The notes: generated by a model from the letters alone, not told the origin. A DNA stretch of 63,527 nt, filler included, from Octopus bimaculoides (GCF_001194135.2; 5 parts of 3 records of this genome joined end to end with filler, not necessarily neighbours in it), one strand, 5' to 3'. Counted from the whole stretch's first letter, positions 24,080 to 38,390 are shown. Program-made: numbers and translations.

Positions 24080-24601
24080 TACGAGATCTGATCAAAAGGC
24101 TTCAGGGCTGGTGCTACAAAAAGAAAACTACAGCACATCAATTCTGCATTTAGCCCCCTTCGATGTAGAACCCTTTCTGAACCCACAAACGTTATCCAGT
24201 GTCGTGTCCATCAACGGAAACATTCCTGTAGCTCCCTTTTTATTTTAGGATAGGGAGCAGATGCCTTGTCGCATTTCCTTGGATTGCCTCGACGTCATGA
24301 AATTTTCTCTTCTACAGCAAAGACTGGTTCCGGGGATTTAGCCATAGATCCATGATTCATCCCCTGTTTTGACCGTTTGCAAAATGTTTTCTTCTTCCTC
24401 GACACAAACATACCCTGAGCAGCTGAAACCTGTTCTTCCTTTTGAGACACCCACACCCAAGAACTGCTATAAACAACAGAAATGAGCGAGACCATTATAA
24501 CTTTGTCTACATGCATAACAGTTCAAGGTCAATCTGAGCTAAGCAGCCTTTAGTTCCGTTACTATAACAACTGAACTTATACTTTTTGATCAGAACTCAT
24601 A
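24080..24601 (-). mobile_element. Internally deleted mariner with both TIRs
   Basis: TACGAGATCTGATCAAAAG / ACTTTTTGATCAGAACTCATA TIRs with TA ends; minus strand TGDESWIYG (24341-24367) and C-terminal ELQECFR*W...YIEG. Confidence 0.85.
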
Positions 24602-24714
24602 CTTAGTCATGCTTCTTGATGCTCGGTGTTGAAATCCTTTTGCAGTTAAATTCAACTCTGATTTTACTAAAACGATTGTAGCTATTTTAAGCACAAAACT
24701 AAAAGCTTTAGGAA

Positions 24715-24855
24715 AGAATTATCCAGTTACATCGCCCCCCCCCGCCCCCACTGTGTGATCGGTTCTTTGTTTTATCAACCCCGAAAGAATAAAAGGCAGG
24801 CTTGATTTTGCTGGGATTTGAACTCAGAACGTACAGAGCCAAAGCAAATGCCAAT
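24715..24855 (-). mobile_element. SINE family B, partial
   Basis: TTTTATCAACCCCGAAAGAATAAAAGGC...ATTTGAACTCAGAACGTA. Confidence 0.7.
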
Positions 24856-25122
24856 CCATTAATTGTATTTGATAAAATAATGGCACCATCCATTTGCAGA
24901 GATCGGTAATGTCCTTTCTCCTAAAATATCTTTTATCTTTTGTTTCAGTTCTGGCTGGAGAACCGGCTGGACGCACCTGTAGTCGAATCAATCAACTCCA
25001 GTAATTATCTTTTTCTAAGCCTNNNNNNNNNNNNNNNNNNNNNNNNNNNNNNNNNNNNNNNNNNNNTTAATTAATTAANNNNNNNNNNNNNNNNNNNNNN
25101 NNNNNNNNNNNNNNNNNNNNNN

Positions 25123-25217
25123 AAGAAGAAGAAGAAGAAGAAGAAGAAGAAGAAGAAGAAGAAGAAGAAGAAGAAGAAGAAGAAGAAGAAGAAGAAGAAG
25201 AAGAAGAAGAAGAAGAA
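25123..25217. repeat. (GAA)n tract
   Basis: Direct reading. Confidence 0.95.
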
Positions 25218-26626
25218 AGAGGGAAATCTAAATTGAGGTTTTATTTAAGAAACCTTACAGATATAAATTGTTGTGGGAATCAGATTTCAAAGATGCGTAT
25301 CTATAAGGATTATCCATGTCTCAGTATTTTTGCGTATGTGTTTGTATGCATGCGCGAGGTGGGTGTTTGTGTGTGTATGTATAGACCGGAGAAGACTACG
25401 TCTGATCGTATACGTATATGTCATTTTGCGTATGTTTATGTACGTAAAACTCTATTTCGACGTTTATACATTCGTATATCATTTCTTACTATTTCTGTCA
25501 AGTCTCCTGATTATTGAATGATTAAAAAATAAGATCCAAGAATACTTAACTCATTGTTATCAAAAGCGTATTTGTCAAGTCTCATTGAAATTTAATCATT
25601 TTAGCTACAGACGTCATTATCTCGGATTGATTGTTTGTAATTAACGCTGAGTCATCATTAAATAGTACACGAGGTAAACTTTATAGACGTGTTGATCTGA
25701 CAACGCAGTTTCGAATTCTTGTGCTGAAATCCTTTCACTTTATAAATGCATTTGACAATGACTGCATTAACGTATTTCTTTNNNNNNNNNNATATATATA
25801 TATATATATTAGCAATAGGAACAGTGTTAATAGCTAGAGCTAATATTTATGATTTTTGTGTAACATAAATACTATGTATCTAATAAAATCAGAACTGTGA
25901 CGTAATTACGTTTTAGAGATGTTCATGCCATTGTTCCCTTCGAATTATGTAATGAAACGGAATGGAATGTCCTTGTCTAAATTTCCGAATAAAAACTAAA
26001 GGATTCATTTTTGGTTGCAAGATTTTCTGTTTCTGCTTTGATCTGATGATTTATTGTGATTTGTAGAATTGAATATTTATGTATTTTTGTGTAGAATTGA
26101 TTATGGTTATATTTTTGCGTAGAGTTCAATATTTTTGTATTTGAGATGAATTTGAGTATCGCTACAACTTTTTTTCGGAGTAGGATCATGTTATACTCTT
26201 TATTTAAACCTGTGGATGAGAAAATCACTTTTAAAAAATACAGTATGTGATCGATCTATTGAAATTCAGGAACTTGTTTAAAGATTTTTATGAAACTTCT
26301 TGTCAAACTTTAGCACTTTTCTCTCATTGCAATGTTGCTGCCTCCGATATTTCAGGAATACACAGACTTATTTGAATTTTTTGATAAAATTTCAAAGACT
26401 ATTGAAATTTTCTAAATCACTGAATTGATTTTATTGAACGAACAATGTATAGGTTTGCCTGTTTAATTTTCTTCCCATGTTTACTTTTTTTTTGGCAAGA
26501 AATGTCATTATCTAATTAACAAGATTATCAGAAAACTCTCAATTAGCTGGACAGCTGCATATACAAATTCAACTTTTAATTTTTGCTTTATGATTTCAGG
26601 ATAAAAAAGAACAATCAATAAATTAT

Positions 26627-27440
26627 ATGTCTTCTGAGTGAAGAAAATTCTTGAATGGTTTTCAATGATCTTCATCACTTTTGTTTCCTGTGTGACTCAG
26701 ACACATGAAACAACGACGAAACATCACAGATTTAGTGAAGAAGTTATATTTTCTGTACTTAATGCTGAAAAATGCAAACCATGGTAAGGACTGGGCACGT
26801 CATATAGTTTTTGAATCGTGTTTAGCAAATCCTCGAAGATTGGAAAGGAAAAAAAAGAAAGAACTAGCATTTGGAATACTAATGATTTGGAAAGAGTCTA
26901 AGGATCTTTAGACTGAGAGAGTCCAAGGATCTTTAGACTATCTCCAAATCATTAGTATTCCAAATAAACTGCAATTTTTTGTTTTCCTGGAAATCTAGGT
27001 GGAATGAAGAACCAGGAGAACGTCTCTCGCAGGATCTTAAAACGATGGAGAAATGTCACCAAGGGCAGTGGTGTTACCAAGGACAGAGAAATGTTACCAA
27101 GGACAGAATAATGATGGCAGATTTTTGTTGAAGTTTGAAAAGCGACTGGAGCAAAATTTCCCACCAAAAAGGATCAAATAAAAGAAAACTTTTACTATTG
27201 AAAATGAGTCCGAATTCTAATATTGTCAATTGTATCACTACTTTGTTTTTGCGAAATTAATTGTATTTCGTAGTCCTGAAAACGGTTTCAGTTGCTTTCT
27301 GCGGCATAAACAAAATTTTCTCCAAAAAATCCAGATGAGTTCGAAAAAAAGAATGGGTTCTTTGAAATCAGCAGCTCAAAATTGTTAGAAAAACAGTGAA
27401 AATGTCTCACGGGGCAAGACTTTTTTTCTGTAGGCCAGTG
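26627..27440 (+). mobile_element. CMC/Chapaev-3-like transposon, internally deleted
   Basis: N-terminus ...HFCFLCD..KQRRNITDLVKK...KDWARHIVFESC...LAFGILMIWKE fused to C-terminus EEPGERLSQDLKTMEK.HQGQW...MMADFC*SLK; right end reads CACTGGCC on the minus strand. Confidence 0.8.
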
Positions 27441-27759
27441 TAATAGCTGTTGTAATTTGGTTTCCGTGTTACCAAACCAGTTGACACGCTTACAGTCGAT
27501 CAAGACAACAGCTGTTTTATTTAAATTACCTTTCATAGCTGCTCTTAGTGTCAAATTAGATTTTTTTATCTTGCAGATTATATTCGCAGCTAATTCATAA
27601 TTATTTTAGTGCATTCTGTAATGCTTCTTCGCACTCTCAAACAGCTTGGGTGTGATTTGTCATAATATGTTGGCAGACAATCGAACGATCTATCACAAAG
27701 CACCCGTGCAACTTATACACACAATAATTCAACAGCAGCTGGGCCACGTAGTCTCACAG

Positions 27760-28335
27760 ATACAATCGTTTTCATTGGATGATACCAGCTTTAAAATCAC
27801 ATTTCGGCAATCCGACAAAGAATGTATGTTACGATCAGAAGCAAGCAGCCACACCCAAAGAATGCATAGAGCTTATAACCACAATATTGACCCTACAGTT
27901 CTGCAGCGTAATATAACAATTACCATCATTTTTCACGGTAGATTGTACCAGCTGTGAAACCACTTTGAGTCGGTGGGGAAACCGGTTAAAGGTGTGATGG
28001 TCACATCGTATTTAGTGCTGATTCGAAGCTTCCCATTTGAGATAAGATTTCGATTTCCAATGTAACCTAACCGACGTTCCCATGTTTCATCATTTCTATC
28101 TAATCTTGCATTAGAATCGCTCAGGAGAATCACTAAATCGGCTATCGACACTGTCTCCGGTTTTGAAGCCACCGAATTGTAAAATTCCTCCTCCTTCTTC
28201 TGGTTATTTATTGCTGCATAAATAGTAAAAACATTTCTATTCTGATTGTCATTCAGTGATAAACTTACTTTCATTAATCTGTTGGCCATAGCAACAGGAC
28301 GTGACGCAGGTATGCTGGCGAGAAGACTCACGAAG
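27760..28335 (-). pseudogene. RTE-clade LINE, AP-endonuclease fragment
   Basis: ORF 27933-28331: PVAMANRLM...TIYAA...KEEEFY...VILLSDSNARLDRNDETWE...SNGKL, matching APE motifs YAPT / EEFY / GDFNARVG. Confidence 0.8.
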
Positions 28336-28475
28336 GCTGAGGCAACGGCGGCTTCCTTCCGTACGTCTTATTGTTTTTATTAGATGTCTTGCTCTCATAA
28401 TTCATCATTTAATTTTCACATAACAGAGATGTCTATACCATCATGCATCTTCCCTTTATTCGTTATCTCATTCCT

Positions 28476-28700
28476 GGAGGCGACGACCTGCCAGAATCGC
28501 GAGGACGCCGGGCAAAACGCTTACCGGCATTCCATCCACTTTTATGTCCTGAATTCAAAGTCCATCAAGGCCGACTTTGCCTTTCATCCTTTCTGGATTC
28601 ACGAAATAGGGACCAATCCAGCACTGAGGTCGATGCTATCGACTGGCCCTTTTCCCCCGCACAATTTCAAGCCAGGTGCCCGTAGTAGAAAGTATTAAGT
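28476..28700 (+). mobile_element. SINE family B
   Basis: Head plus GACTTTGCCTTTCATCCTTTC core. Confidence 0.8.
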
Positions 28701-28799
28701 AAGTCCTTCATAGGATAGTGGGTTTACAGAATCGTTAGTGTGTCGTGCAAAATGTTATGTGGCATTTATTTCTCCTCTTTACACGTTGAGTTCAAATCA

Positions 28800-28970
28800 A
28801 CCGATGTTAGTGTGTTTACGTACCCGTAAACTAGCAGTTCGGCAAAAAAAACGATAGAATAAGTACTAGGCTTTCAAAGAATAAATCCTGGGATCGATTT
28901 GCTCAACTAAAAACGATACTCCAGCATGACCGCAGTCAAATGACTAAAACACATAAAAGAATAAAAGAAT
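28800..28970 (+). mobile_element. SINE family A, 3' half
   Basis: GATAGAATAAGTACTAGGC...CCAGCATGACCGCAGTCAAATGACT. Confidence 0.85.
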
Positions 28971-29563
28971 GNNNNNNNNNNNNNNNNNNNNNNNNNNNNN
29001 NNNNNNNNNNNNNNNNNNNNNNNNNNNNNNNNNNNNNNNNNNNNNNNNNNNNNNNNNNNNNNNNNNNNNNNNNNNNNNNNNNNNNNNNNNNNNNNNNNNN
29101 NNNNNNNNNNNNNNNNNNNNNNNNNNNNNNNNNNNNNNNNNNNNNNNNNNNNNNNNNNNNNNNNNNNNNNNNNNNNNNNNNNNNNNNNNNNNNNNNNNNN
29201 NNNNNNNNNNNNNNNNNNNNNNNNNNNNNNNNNNNNNNNNNNNNNNNNNNNNNNNNNNNNNNNNNNNNNNNNNNNNNNNNNNNNNNNNNNNNNNNNNNNN
29301 NNNNNNNNNNNNNNNNNNNNNNNNNNNNNNNNNNNNNNNNNNNNNNNNNNNNNNNNNNNNNNNNNNNNNNNNNNNNNNNNNNNNNNNNNNNNNNNNNNNN
29401 NNNNNNNNNNNNNNNNNNNNNNNNNNNNNNNNNNNNNNNNNNNNNNNNNNNNNNNNNNNNNNNNNNNNNNNNNNNNNNNNNNNNNNNNNNNNNNNNNNNN
29501 NNNNNNNNNNNNNNNNNNNNNNNNNNNNNNNNNNNNNNNNNNNNNNNNNNNNNNNNNNNNNNN

Positions 29564-29624
<61 letters not shown>

Positions 29625-30051
29625 CGTGTGTGTGCGTGCGTGTGTGTGTGTTTGTTTGTTTGTTTGTTGTGTGTTTCATACTTTCTTTGCGTGTTGTTTG
29701 CTTACTCGTACACCATACACATACTGAAATGTAATTGATTTCTTATTAATTCAAAAGTATTTTAGATATATGTATATATGTGTGTGTGCATACGCATACC
29801 CATAAACACACACTTTGTCCGTCTGTCTGTCTCTCTCTCTCCCTCTCTCTCTCTCTCTCACACAGACTTATGTATTTCTGTATCATCGACGATACGTCCA
29901 TGTGTACAGGCTTGCTTACATATATATATATATATATATATATAAATGTCTGTGTGTTAGTGTGTGTGTGTGCGTGTGAATGTGTGTGTACGTATGTAAA
30001 ATGAGTGTGTCCGAGTGTACGCGCCCGAGTGTGTTCAAGTGTATGTGTATG

Positions 30052-30157
<106 letters not shown>

Positions 30158-30643
30158 AGTGTGTGTTTGGTAATGACAGATTGTACGTTTTCATTTAATG
30201 TCCTTAGATTCGGACAACAAGATGGACAGCATATGTGCCTGTGTGTATGTATGAACGTGCAGATGTGCATGTGAATATGTGTGGGTGCTCGTGAGTGTGT
30301 TTGTGAATTGAATGTTTATATGGTCGTCTTGTATTCGGAAACTACATAACTACAACACAAATATTCATAAAACTTTATATATTACTTTTCGCGACATTAC
30401 AGTGAAATTTTGTATAATATTTACTCGAATACATAACAACCATATCACACACAAACAACAACCTACTTTCTGCCAAGAAAGGTAATAGAGAAATGCAATT
30501 TTGATTTGTATTAGCAAAAGTTGGGGGGAAAGTGGTAATGTTAGTGAAAACAAAATTAAAATACGTTTGTATTACGTCAAACTCTATGTTCTCTCTTGAT
30601 GTTACTTTCCCGTTGTTGCTTTCTTTCTTTCTTCTTCTCTCAG

Positions 30644-30785
30644 TTGTCGGCTGTTTATCTACTCCACATTTCGAGCAATTCACGACAAAGTGCCTTCGAG
30701 AAAACAGTTACTCCCGCGGAGGGTCAAAGTTGGTAACAAAAACAGGACAGTGAAACAAATAGTGAGGGCTGCTAAGCCAGACGGG
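30644..30785 (+). other. Candidate 142-nt exon or repeat remnant bracketed by a 12-bp inverted repeat
   Basis: Pyrimidine tract-CAG| acceptor, GG|GTAAGC donor, one open frame (CRLFIYSTFRAIHDKVPSRKQLLPRRVKVGNKNRTVKQIVRAAKPDG). Confidence 0.3.
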
Positions 30786-32137
30786 GTAAGCCGACAACTG
30801 ATGAAGGGTTGTTCTTTGTGTTACTTGTCTTGTTTTCCATTTGTTTCTCTCGCTGTTCTCCGGATTTCATGTTTTCGCATTTCATGTTGTTTACGTACCC
30901 ATATATGCATATATATACATATATATGTCAGTATGTACGTATATGTATGTATATATTCCTATATATATATATATATTATTAATATTATTATATGATTGAA
31001 CGCCACGCTTCCATTTCCAAGTAAGTTTGTCTTATACATATAATAGCGTTTGCAGTCAATTATTTAGATAATGTACATATAGGTCTCCGGGTTTTGTAAC
31101 GTTATGGCCGCAGTCCTGACAATTTTGCACAATATAAAGCAAATGAATAAGATTGCTTCCGTAAACATAGGTACGAATATAGTCAAGTTTTGCAAGTATA
31201 CATGTGTACCCTTATGTATTCATATATATGTATATATGTACGTATATATGTGTATCTGTATATAAATATATTTACGCACGTATATATATGGGGGGGGCGT
31301 GTGTGTATATATGTATATATGTACGTATATATGTGTATCTGNNNNNNNNNNNNNNNNNNNNNNNNNNNNNNNNNNNNNNNNNNNNNNNNNNNNNNNNNNN
31401 NNNNNNNNNNNNNNNNNNNNNNNNNNNNNNNNNNNNNNNNNNNNNNNNNNNNNNNNNNNNNNNNNNNNNNNNNNNNNNNNNNNNNNNNNNNNNNNNNNNN
31501 NNNNNNNNNNNNNNNNNNNNNNNNNNNNNNNNNNNNNNNNNNNNNNNNNNNNNNNNNNNNNNNNNNNNNNNNNNNNNNNNNNNNNNNNNNNNNNNNNNNN
31601 NNNNNNNNNNNNNNNNNNNNNNNNNNNNNNNNNNNNNNNNNNNNNNNNNNNNNNNNNNNNNNNNNNNNNNNNNNNNNNNNNNNNNNNNNNNNNNNNNNNN
31701 NNNNNNNNNNNNNNNNNNNNNNNNNNNNNNNNNNNNNNNNNNNNNNNNNNNNNNNNNNNNNNNNNNNNNNNNNNNNNNNNNNNNNNNNNNNNNNNNNNNN
31801 NNNNNNNNNNNNNNNNNNNNNNNNNNNNNNNNNNNNNNTTTTAGTAAAGATGTTGACAATATACTTCGACGTGCCTCCAGCATCGATTAGTCTCAATAAA
31901 ACCTTCGATGTGCTCTCATACATATCATATATATAGTCTTTGCTTTCTTTCTTCTTTCCTCTTACTGCTTCAATAAATTGCAAGTATATTCGCGACGGAT
32001 TCATCAAAATATAATGATTCGCAGTTTCATATTTCTATCTGTATATACGTATACATGCATGTATGTGTACATGTATGTGTTATAACTGTAGGCATATACA
32101 CATGCATGTATGCTTACGTTTATGCATGTATATATCA

Positions 32138-32174
<37 letters not shown>

Positions 32175-32564
32175 TGTACAGACATTCAGGCATTTGTGTG
32201 TGTACGTATGAAGGTTGAAGCTACGAATGTGTATATGTATGTGTGTATTTGTGAATGTATGAATGCGTATGTTTGTGCGCATGTATGTATGTATATACAT
32301 TCGTGCATATCTGTATACTATATATATGAATGAATATTTGTATGTGGCTATGCATTATTATCTCTGTATGTATATGTGTACGTATGTTTGTAGTTATGCA
32401 TGTCTGTATTCTTGTAGGCGTTCACGAATATGTCCATAGATATATGAATGAATGTTTGTCCACGTACCTCTTTGAACTTGGCTTTTATTTTGTGTGTTAG
32501 CAGACGTAGCATTGACACGTGTGTGTGTCTATATGTGTGTATGTTTGTGTATATGTATATACAA

Positions 32565-32597
<33 letters not shown>

Positions 32598-32719
32598 TGT
32601 ATGTATGTATGTATGTATGTATGTGTTTTGGTTTGTCTATGTATACGCTTTGAAATATTCAAAAGTAGACATTTCCTTTTAACAGAACGGATATATTAGA
32701 TACGTGTGTGTATGTATTA

Positions 32720-32848
32720 AAGAAGAAGAAGAAGAAGAAGAAGAAGAAGAAGAAGAAGAAGAAGAAGAAGAAGAAGAAGAAGAAGAAGAAGAAGAAGAAG
32801 AAGAAGAAGAAGAAGAAGAAGAAGAAGAAGAAGAAGAAGAAGAAGAAG
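32720..32848. repeat. (GAA)n tract
   Basis: Uninterrupted array. Confidence 0.95.
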
Positions 32849-32981
32849 GGAAATCATGTTGATATAGGCAGACAGATAGACATTTAAATATTTACAAACA
32901 CATGTATTATGTTTATATGCATATATATTTGTATGCCTATGTATACGTGTATTTATATATATATGTGTATATATTGTGTAG

Positions 32982-33014
<33 letters not shown>

Positions 33015-34344
33015 TGTGTGTGTGTGTGTGCTTGTGTGCGTGTGTCTGCATTCATACAATCTATGCTTCATGCAGAGATACGTAGGCTAATGTTGGAATA
33101 TGTTCGTGTATGCATACATACATAAATGCTACAATTAAATCTGTGTCATTTGATTTTGGCGATAATTATTCCCTAGATCGATCAACAGAGCTACTTCTTC
33201 TCTGAAAGTAATTGGATATTCCAGAAAAGCTAGTACTTTCAATGCGATATTCTAACCGATTCTCGGTGGCACAATCCAAGAGAAGGCTGGATTCACACGC
33301 ACACTCACACAGACACACACACAGCCACACACACACACACACATACACATGGACACTCAGACGCGTACACTCGGACACTCATTTTACACACACACACACA
33401 TTTATTTATATATATATATNNNNNNNNNNNNNNNNNNNNNNNNNNNNNNNNNNNNNNNNNNNNNNNNNNNNNNNNNNNNNNNNNNNNNNNNNNNNNNNNN
33501 NNNNNNNNNNNNNNNNNNNNNNNNNNNNNNNNNNNNNNNNNNNNNNNNNNNNNNNNNNNNNNNNNNNNNNNNNNNNNNNNNNNNNNNNNNNNNNNNNNNN
33601 NNNNNNNNNNNNNNNNNNNNNNNNNNNNNNNNNNNNNNNNNNNNNNNNNNNNNNNNNNNNNNNNNNNNNNNNNNNNNNNNNNNNNNNNNNNNNNNNNNNN
33701 NNNNNNNNNNNNNNNNNNNNNNNNNNNNNNNNNNNNNNNNNNNNNNNNNNNNNNNNNNNNNNNNNNNNNNNNNNNNNNNNNNNNNNNNNNNNNNNNNNNN
33801 NNNNNNNNNNNNNNNNNNNNNNNNNNNNNNNNNNNNNNNNNNNNNNNNNNNNNNNNNNNNNNNNNNNNNNNNNNNNNNNNNNNNNNNNNNNNNNNNNNNN
33901 NNNNNNNNNNNNNNNNNNNNNNNNNNNNNNNNNNNNNNNNNNNNNNNNNNNNNNNNNNNNNNNNNNNNNNNNNNNNNNNNNNNNNNNNNNNNNNNNNNNN
34001 NNNNNNNNNNNNNNNNNNNNNNNNNNNNNNNNNNNNNNNNNNNNNNNNNNNNNNNNNNNNNNNNNNNNNNNNNNNNNNNNNNNNNNNNNNNNNNNNNNNN
34101 NNNNNNNNNNNNNNNNNNNNNNNNNNNNNNNNNNNNNNNNNNNNNNNNNNNNNNNNNNNNNNNNNNNNNNNNNNNNNNNNNNNNNNNNNNNNNNNNNNNN
34201 NNNAGGGGGAGGAGGATGGTGATGACGCTGATGATGATGACGACGGTGATACGGACGACGGCAACATCGATGACGGCGACGATGACAATGAAGAAGAAGA
34301 AGAAGAAGAAGAAGAAGAAGAAGAAGAAGAAGAAGAAGAAGAAG

Positions 34345-34382
<38 letters not shown>

Positions 34383-35173
34383 GACAAAGAAGGAGAGAGA
34401 GGAGAGTGGAGGAAGGAGGGATGACAACATTAGACAGAAAATCACTTCTATTTTCCTCATATTTTGTTCTTTTTATTTCAGTGGCATTTCATTATTGTTT
34501 CGTATCTTAATCCGCGTCTTGTAGTTAATTGGGTTTTTTTTTCTTAACATATGTATTTATTTATATATGTATCTATCTCTCTATTTATATATTTTTCTTC
34601 GCATGCGCTCATCTTTTATTTTTAATCTCTCCGAAAAATTCCCCAAGCAGTGGCAGCCATTGTTAAACCGTTGGTTCGAAGCAAATTTTAAATACGCTGA
34701 AATACATTCGACCGTAAACCAAACGATTACCCATAAACCCTTAGTGAACAACAATGTGAAACTCTCTCTCTCTCTCTCTCCCTCTCTCTTTCTATCTATC
34801 TATCTCTCAATTTTCCCTCTTCTTATCTTAGGCCCACTTAAATAAAGAACCAAACCATAAGAAATTGTCATATATGCTTGACTCGATCTGACCTATTTTT
34901 CACTCACCGCCGCTACCGACTCCATCACTTATTCTCAAATATATGTGTGCGTGTGTTTGTATGTGTATGTGTGTATGTTGTGTGTGTGTATATATGTATG
35001 TGTACATACATATATATATATATATATGCATGTATAGCAAATCTGTGGTATTAAGCAGAACATTTGCTTTAGCCAATCTTTTATACCAAGAAAAAAAACA
35101 ATGTACATGGTAACACTTCCAATCAGTTAAGATCAGAAGCCATGAGAGCCAATGCCTGGTACTGCATCAGGGC

Positions 35174-35177
<4 letters not shown>

Positions 35178-35230
<53 letters not shown>

Positions 35231-35247
35231 ACTTATCATTATTATTA

Positions 35248-35305
<58 letters not shown>

Positions 35306-35392
35306 ACTTATCATTATTATTATCATTGTTATTATCATTATTAATATTATTATTATTATTACACTTATCATTATTATTATTATTATTATTAT
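35178..35392. repeat. (ATT)n array with three recurring ACACTTATC interruptions
   Basis: ATTACACTTATCATTATT occurs three times. Confidence 0.9.
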
Positions 35393-35884
35393 CGTCATGA
35401 TCATTGTTATTGTTAACGTTTTGTTACTTGTATTCCTGCAGCAAATTTAGTTAAATTTGTTGACGCTAAGACATTTTTATATCAAAATGTAAAAATAAAG
35501 TAACTCTAAAAAAATTGCAAACAAAAAGAAAAACAATGAAACAAACAACCGAGACATGATGATGGTATATGTCATTCTCAGTGAGATAACTGATCAATCA
35601 ATCAATCAATCAATCAATCAATTTCTACGTAGTTCGATGTCAAAGCTATCTGCGTGTAAAGTTTGCCTGAAACTGACAACTAAATATATACATAAATGCA
35701 TAAATGGATTAATAATTATTAAATCCATAAAGTTAATAGTTAATGCGTCACAGAATTAATGGCGGCTGCATTAAAACTTTTGCTACTAGATTTTAGATTT
35801 CATATGTTATGTTGCTATATAGCGATGTTTACGTAGTTATATATAGTAGTGATCGCATGATGCTTTCTATGTGTGTGTGTGTGT

Positions 35885-35932
<48 letters not shown>

Positions 35933-36854
35933 TTTTCTTTGCCCATACAGCGCTTGGCAACCGGTGTCGGTTTACTTACGTCCTTTTACATTTGCCAAAA
36001 TAATTACATACAACAAACGTCAGAATTAAAATGGATATATTCTGTTTTATATCATTTTATTCCTCTGAAATAATTCTGACTTTTTTCGGTTTTACACTAG
36101 ATGACACAAAAAATATATATATAATTATTTCACACGTTTAGTGAATTTTATATAAATAATCTTATTCGGTAGAATTAAAAATATACAAATATCTCAAACA
36201 CGGAAGAGAAGAAAGGAATTTAGCATGCACTCGAATTTCAACATTCCATTATGGCACAATGTAAAATTTAAAAATCCAACTCATCACAAAAAAAAAAATA
36301 GTCACTGTTATACAACTAATCGACGACTCGTTTAGAAGTATAAATTCTTTAAAAATGTATGATGCCTCAGGTGAAAATGTGATTTAATTTTATAGATACC
36401 ATGTATTTCATTTTCTTTTTGCATTTTTATTTTCTATGGAAATAGTTCTACAAAATAGTAACAGATAAATTCGATGCATTGATACCCGTGTAAAAAAAAA
36501 AAAAAAGGTTTATTTCTTAATAGTAAAATCCCCCTAGCAATGATACCAAGTGTTTCAGGATAGAAGATCATTCTGTGTGTGTGTGTGTATATANNNNNNN
36601 NNNNNNNNNNNNNNNNNNNNNNNNNNNNNNNNNNNNNTTAATTAATTAANNNNNNNNNNNNNNNNNNNNNNNNNNNNNNNNNNNNNNNNNNNNTTATGGT
36701 TTCTTAAACATACACTTGAACAAAACTGTACAAATCCAAATATATGGTACTCTAGGCATAACACCTACATGAACTTCTAACTTGTTGTCTCTTGAGGTCT
36801 CTGGGTGAGACTTGGATCCAACTTGTACAAATGCAAAACAAAAGTCAAACATAA

Positions 36855-36898
<44 letters not shown>

Positions 36899-36911
36899 TA
36901 ACAATAACAAT

Positions 36912-36946
<35 letters not shown>

Positions 36947-36956
36947 TGACAATAAC

Positions 36957-37024
<68 letters not shown>

Positions 37025-37715
37025 TAGTGGGGACAATTTATAAATACTAAAGATGTTCATAATTTGTTGCAGATGGTAAATCTAGCAAATTTACTGTGTG
37101 TACAGGTCATAATCAAGTCTACTTTGGTTTTATGGCGAAGTGATGGGGAGAAGAAGAAGAAAAAAAAAAACTGCAATCCAATATTCATACAGAATGAACA
37201 CAAAAAATAGAAGCAAAAAAACAAAACAAAAACACAAAAACAAAACCAAATAATATTTTTTTCTTTCATCTTTCATAGTCCAATTATTTGGGTATGTTCA
37301 CATAAGAATGAAGTCCTGAAAATGTCGTAATGTATGTTAATAGTTACTTTGGTTATTAGCTGAGCAGCGCAAAGCATTATTAACCAATTAGCTCCTTTTA
37401 CGAAATAATTCACTATGTTACTTGGATGGTCGTATAAGAAGTATTTATTTGATTAAAGTATGTAGATGTTGGATAATTAACTGGAGAAAAAAAAAATAAA
37501 CACACAAATGATTATCGTGGAAGTTATGCGTAAAAGAAAAAAATAATAAAGAGAACCAGCAGCAGCAGCAGCAGCAGCAGCAACAGCTGTAGCCGCAGCG
37601 GCAGTAATATCAGAAACAGCAGCAGCAGTCGTGGTAGTAGTAGTAGTTGTATATCTTTGAAATGAAGAATTCTGCGACAAACACTTTGATATTTTTGTCA
37701 ATATTCAAAGACGTT

Positions 37716-38390
37716 AAAGCGGTAATCTGGCAGAATTGTTAGCAAGCCGAGTAAAATACTTAACGACATTTCGTCCGTCTTTACGTTCTTGTGTTCTAAT
37801 TCCACCGCGGTCGACTTTGCCTTTCATCCTTTCGGTGTTGATAAAATAAGTATCATTTTGAGTACTGGGGTCGAAGTAACTGATTTACCCTCACCCCAAA
37901 TTTCTGGTCTTGTGCCAAAATTTGAAACCAATATTAAAAGACGTTAAGGCAGTGAACCGGCAGAAATTGTTAGTACGCCGAGCAAAAATGCTTAGTGGAA
38001 TTTCGTCTGTCCTTATGTCCTGATGTTCGAGTTCAGCCGGGCTCGACCTTACTTTTCAACTTTTCCGTGTCAATAAAATAAGTACTGGGTGAGTACTAGA
38101 GTCGAAGTAGCTGACTTACCTTTTCTTCGAAATTGCTGGCCTTGTGCCAGAAACTGAAACTAATATTGAAGCGGCGAGCCGGCAGAATCGTTAGTACGCC
38201 GAGCAAAATGCTCAGCGGTATTTCGTGCGTCTTTACGCTCTGATGTTCAAATTCCGCCGAGGTAGACTTTGCCTTCCGTCCTTTCAGGGTCGATAAATTA
38301 AGCATCAGCTGAAGTCGATGTAACTGATTTACCCCCTCCCGCTAAATTCCGAAATTCTTGGTCTTGTACCAGAATTTAACATCAATATTT
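37716..38390 (+). mobile_element. Three head-to-tail SINE family B copies
   Basis: Units at about 37716-37935, 37945-38166 and 38169-38390. Confidence 0.9.
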
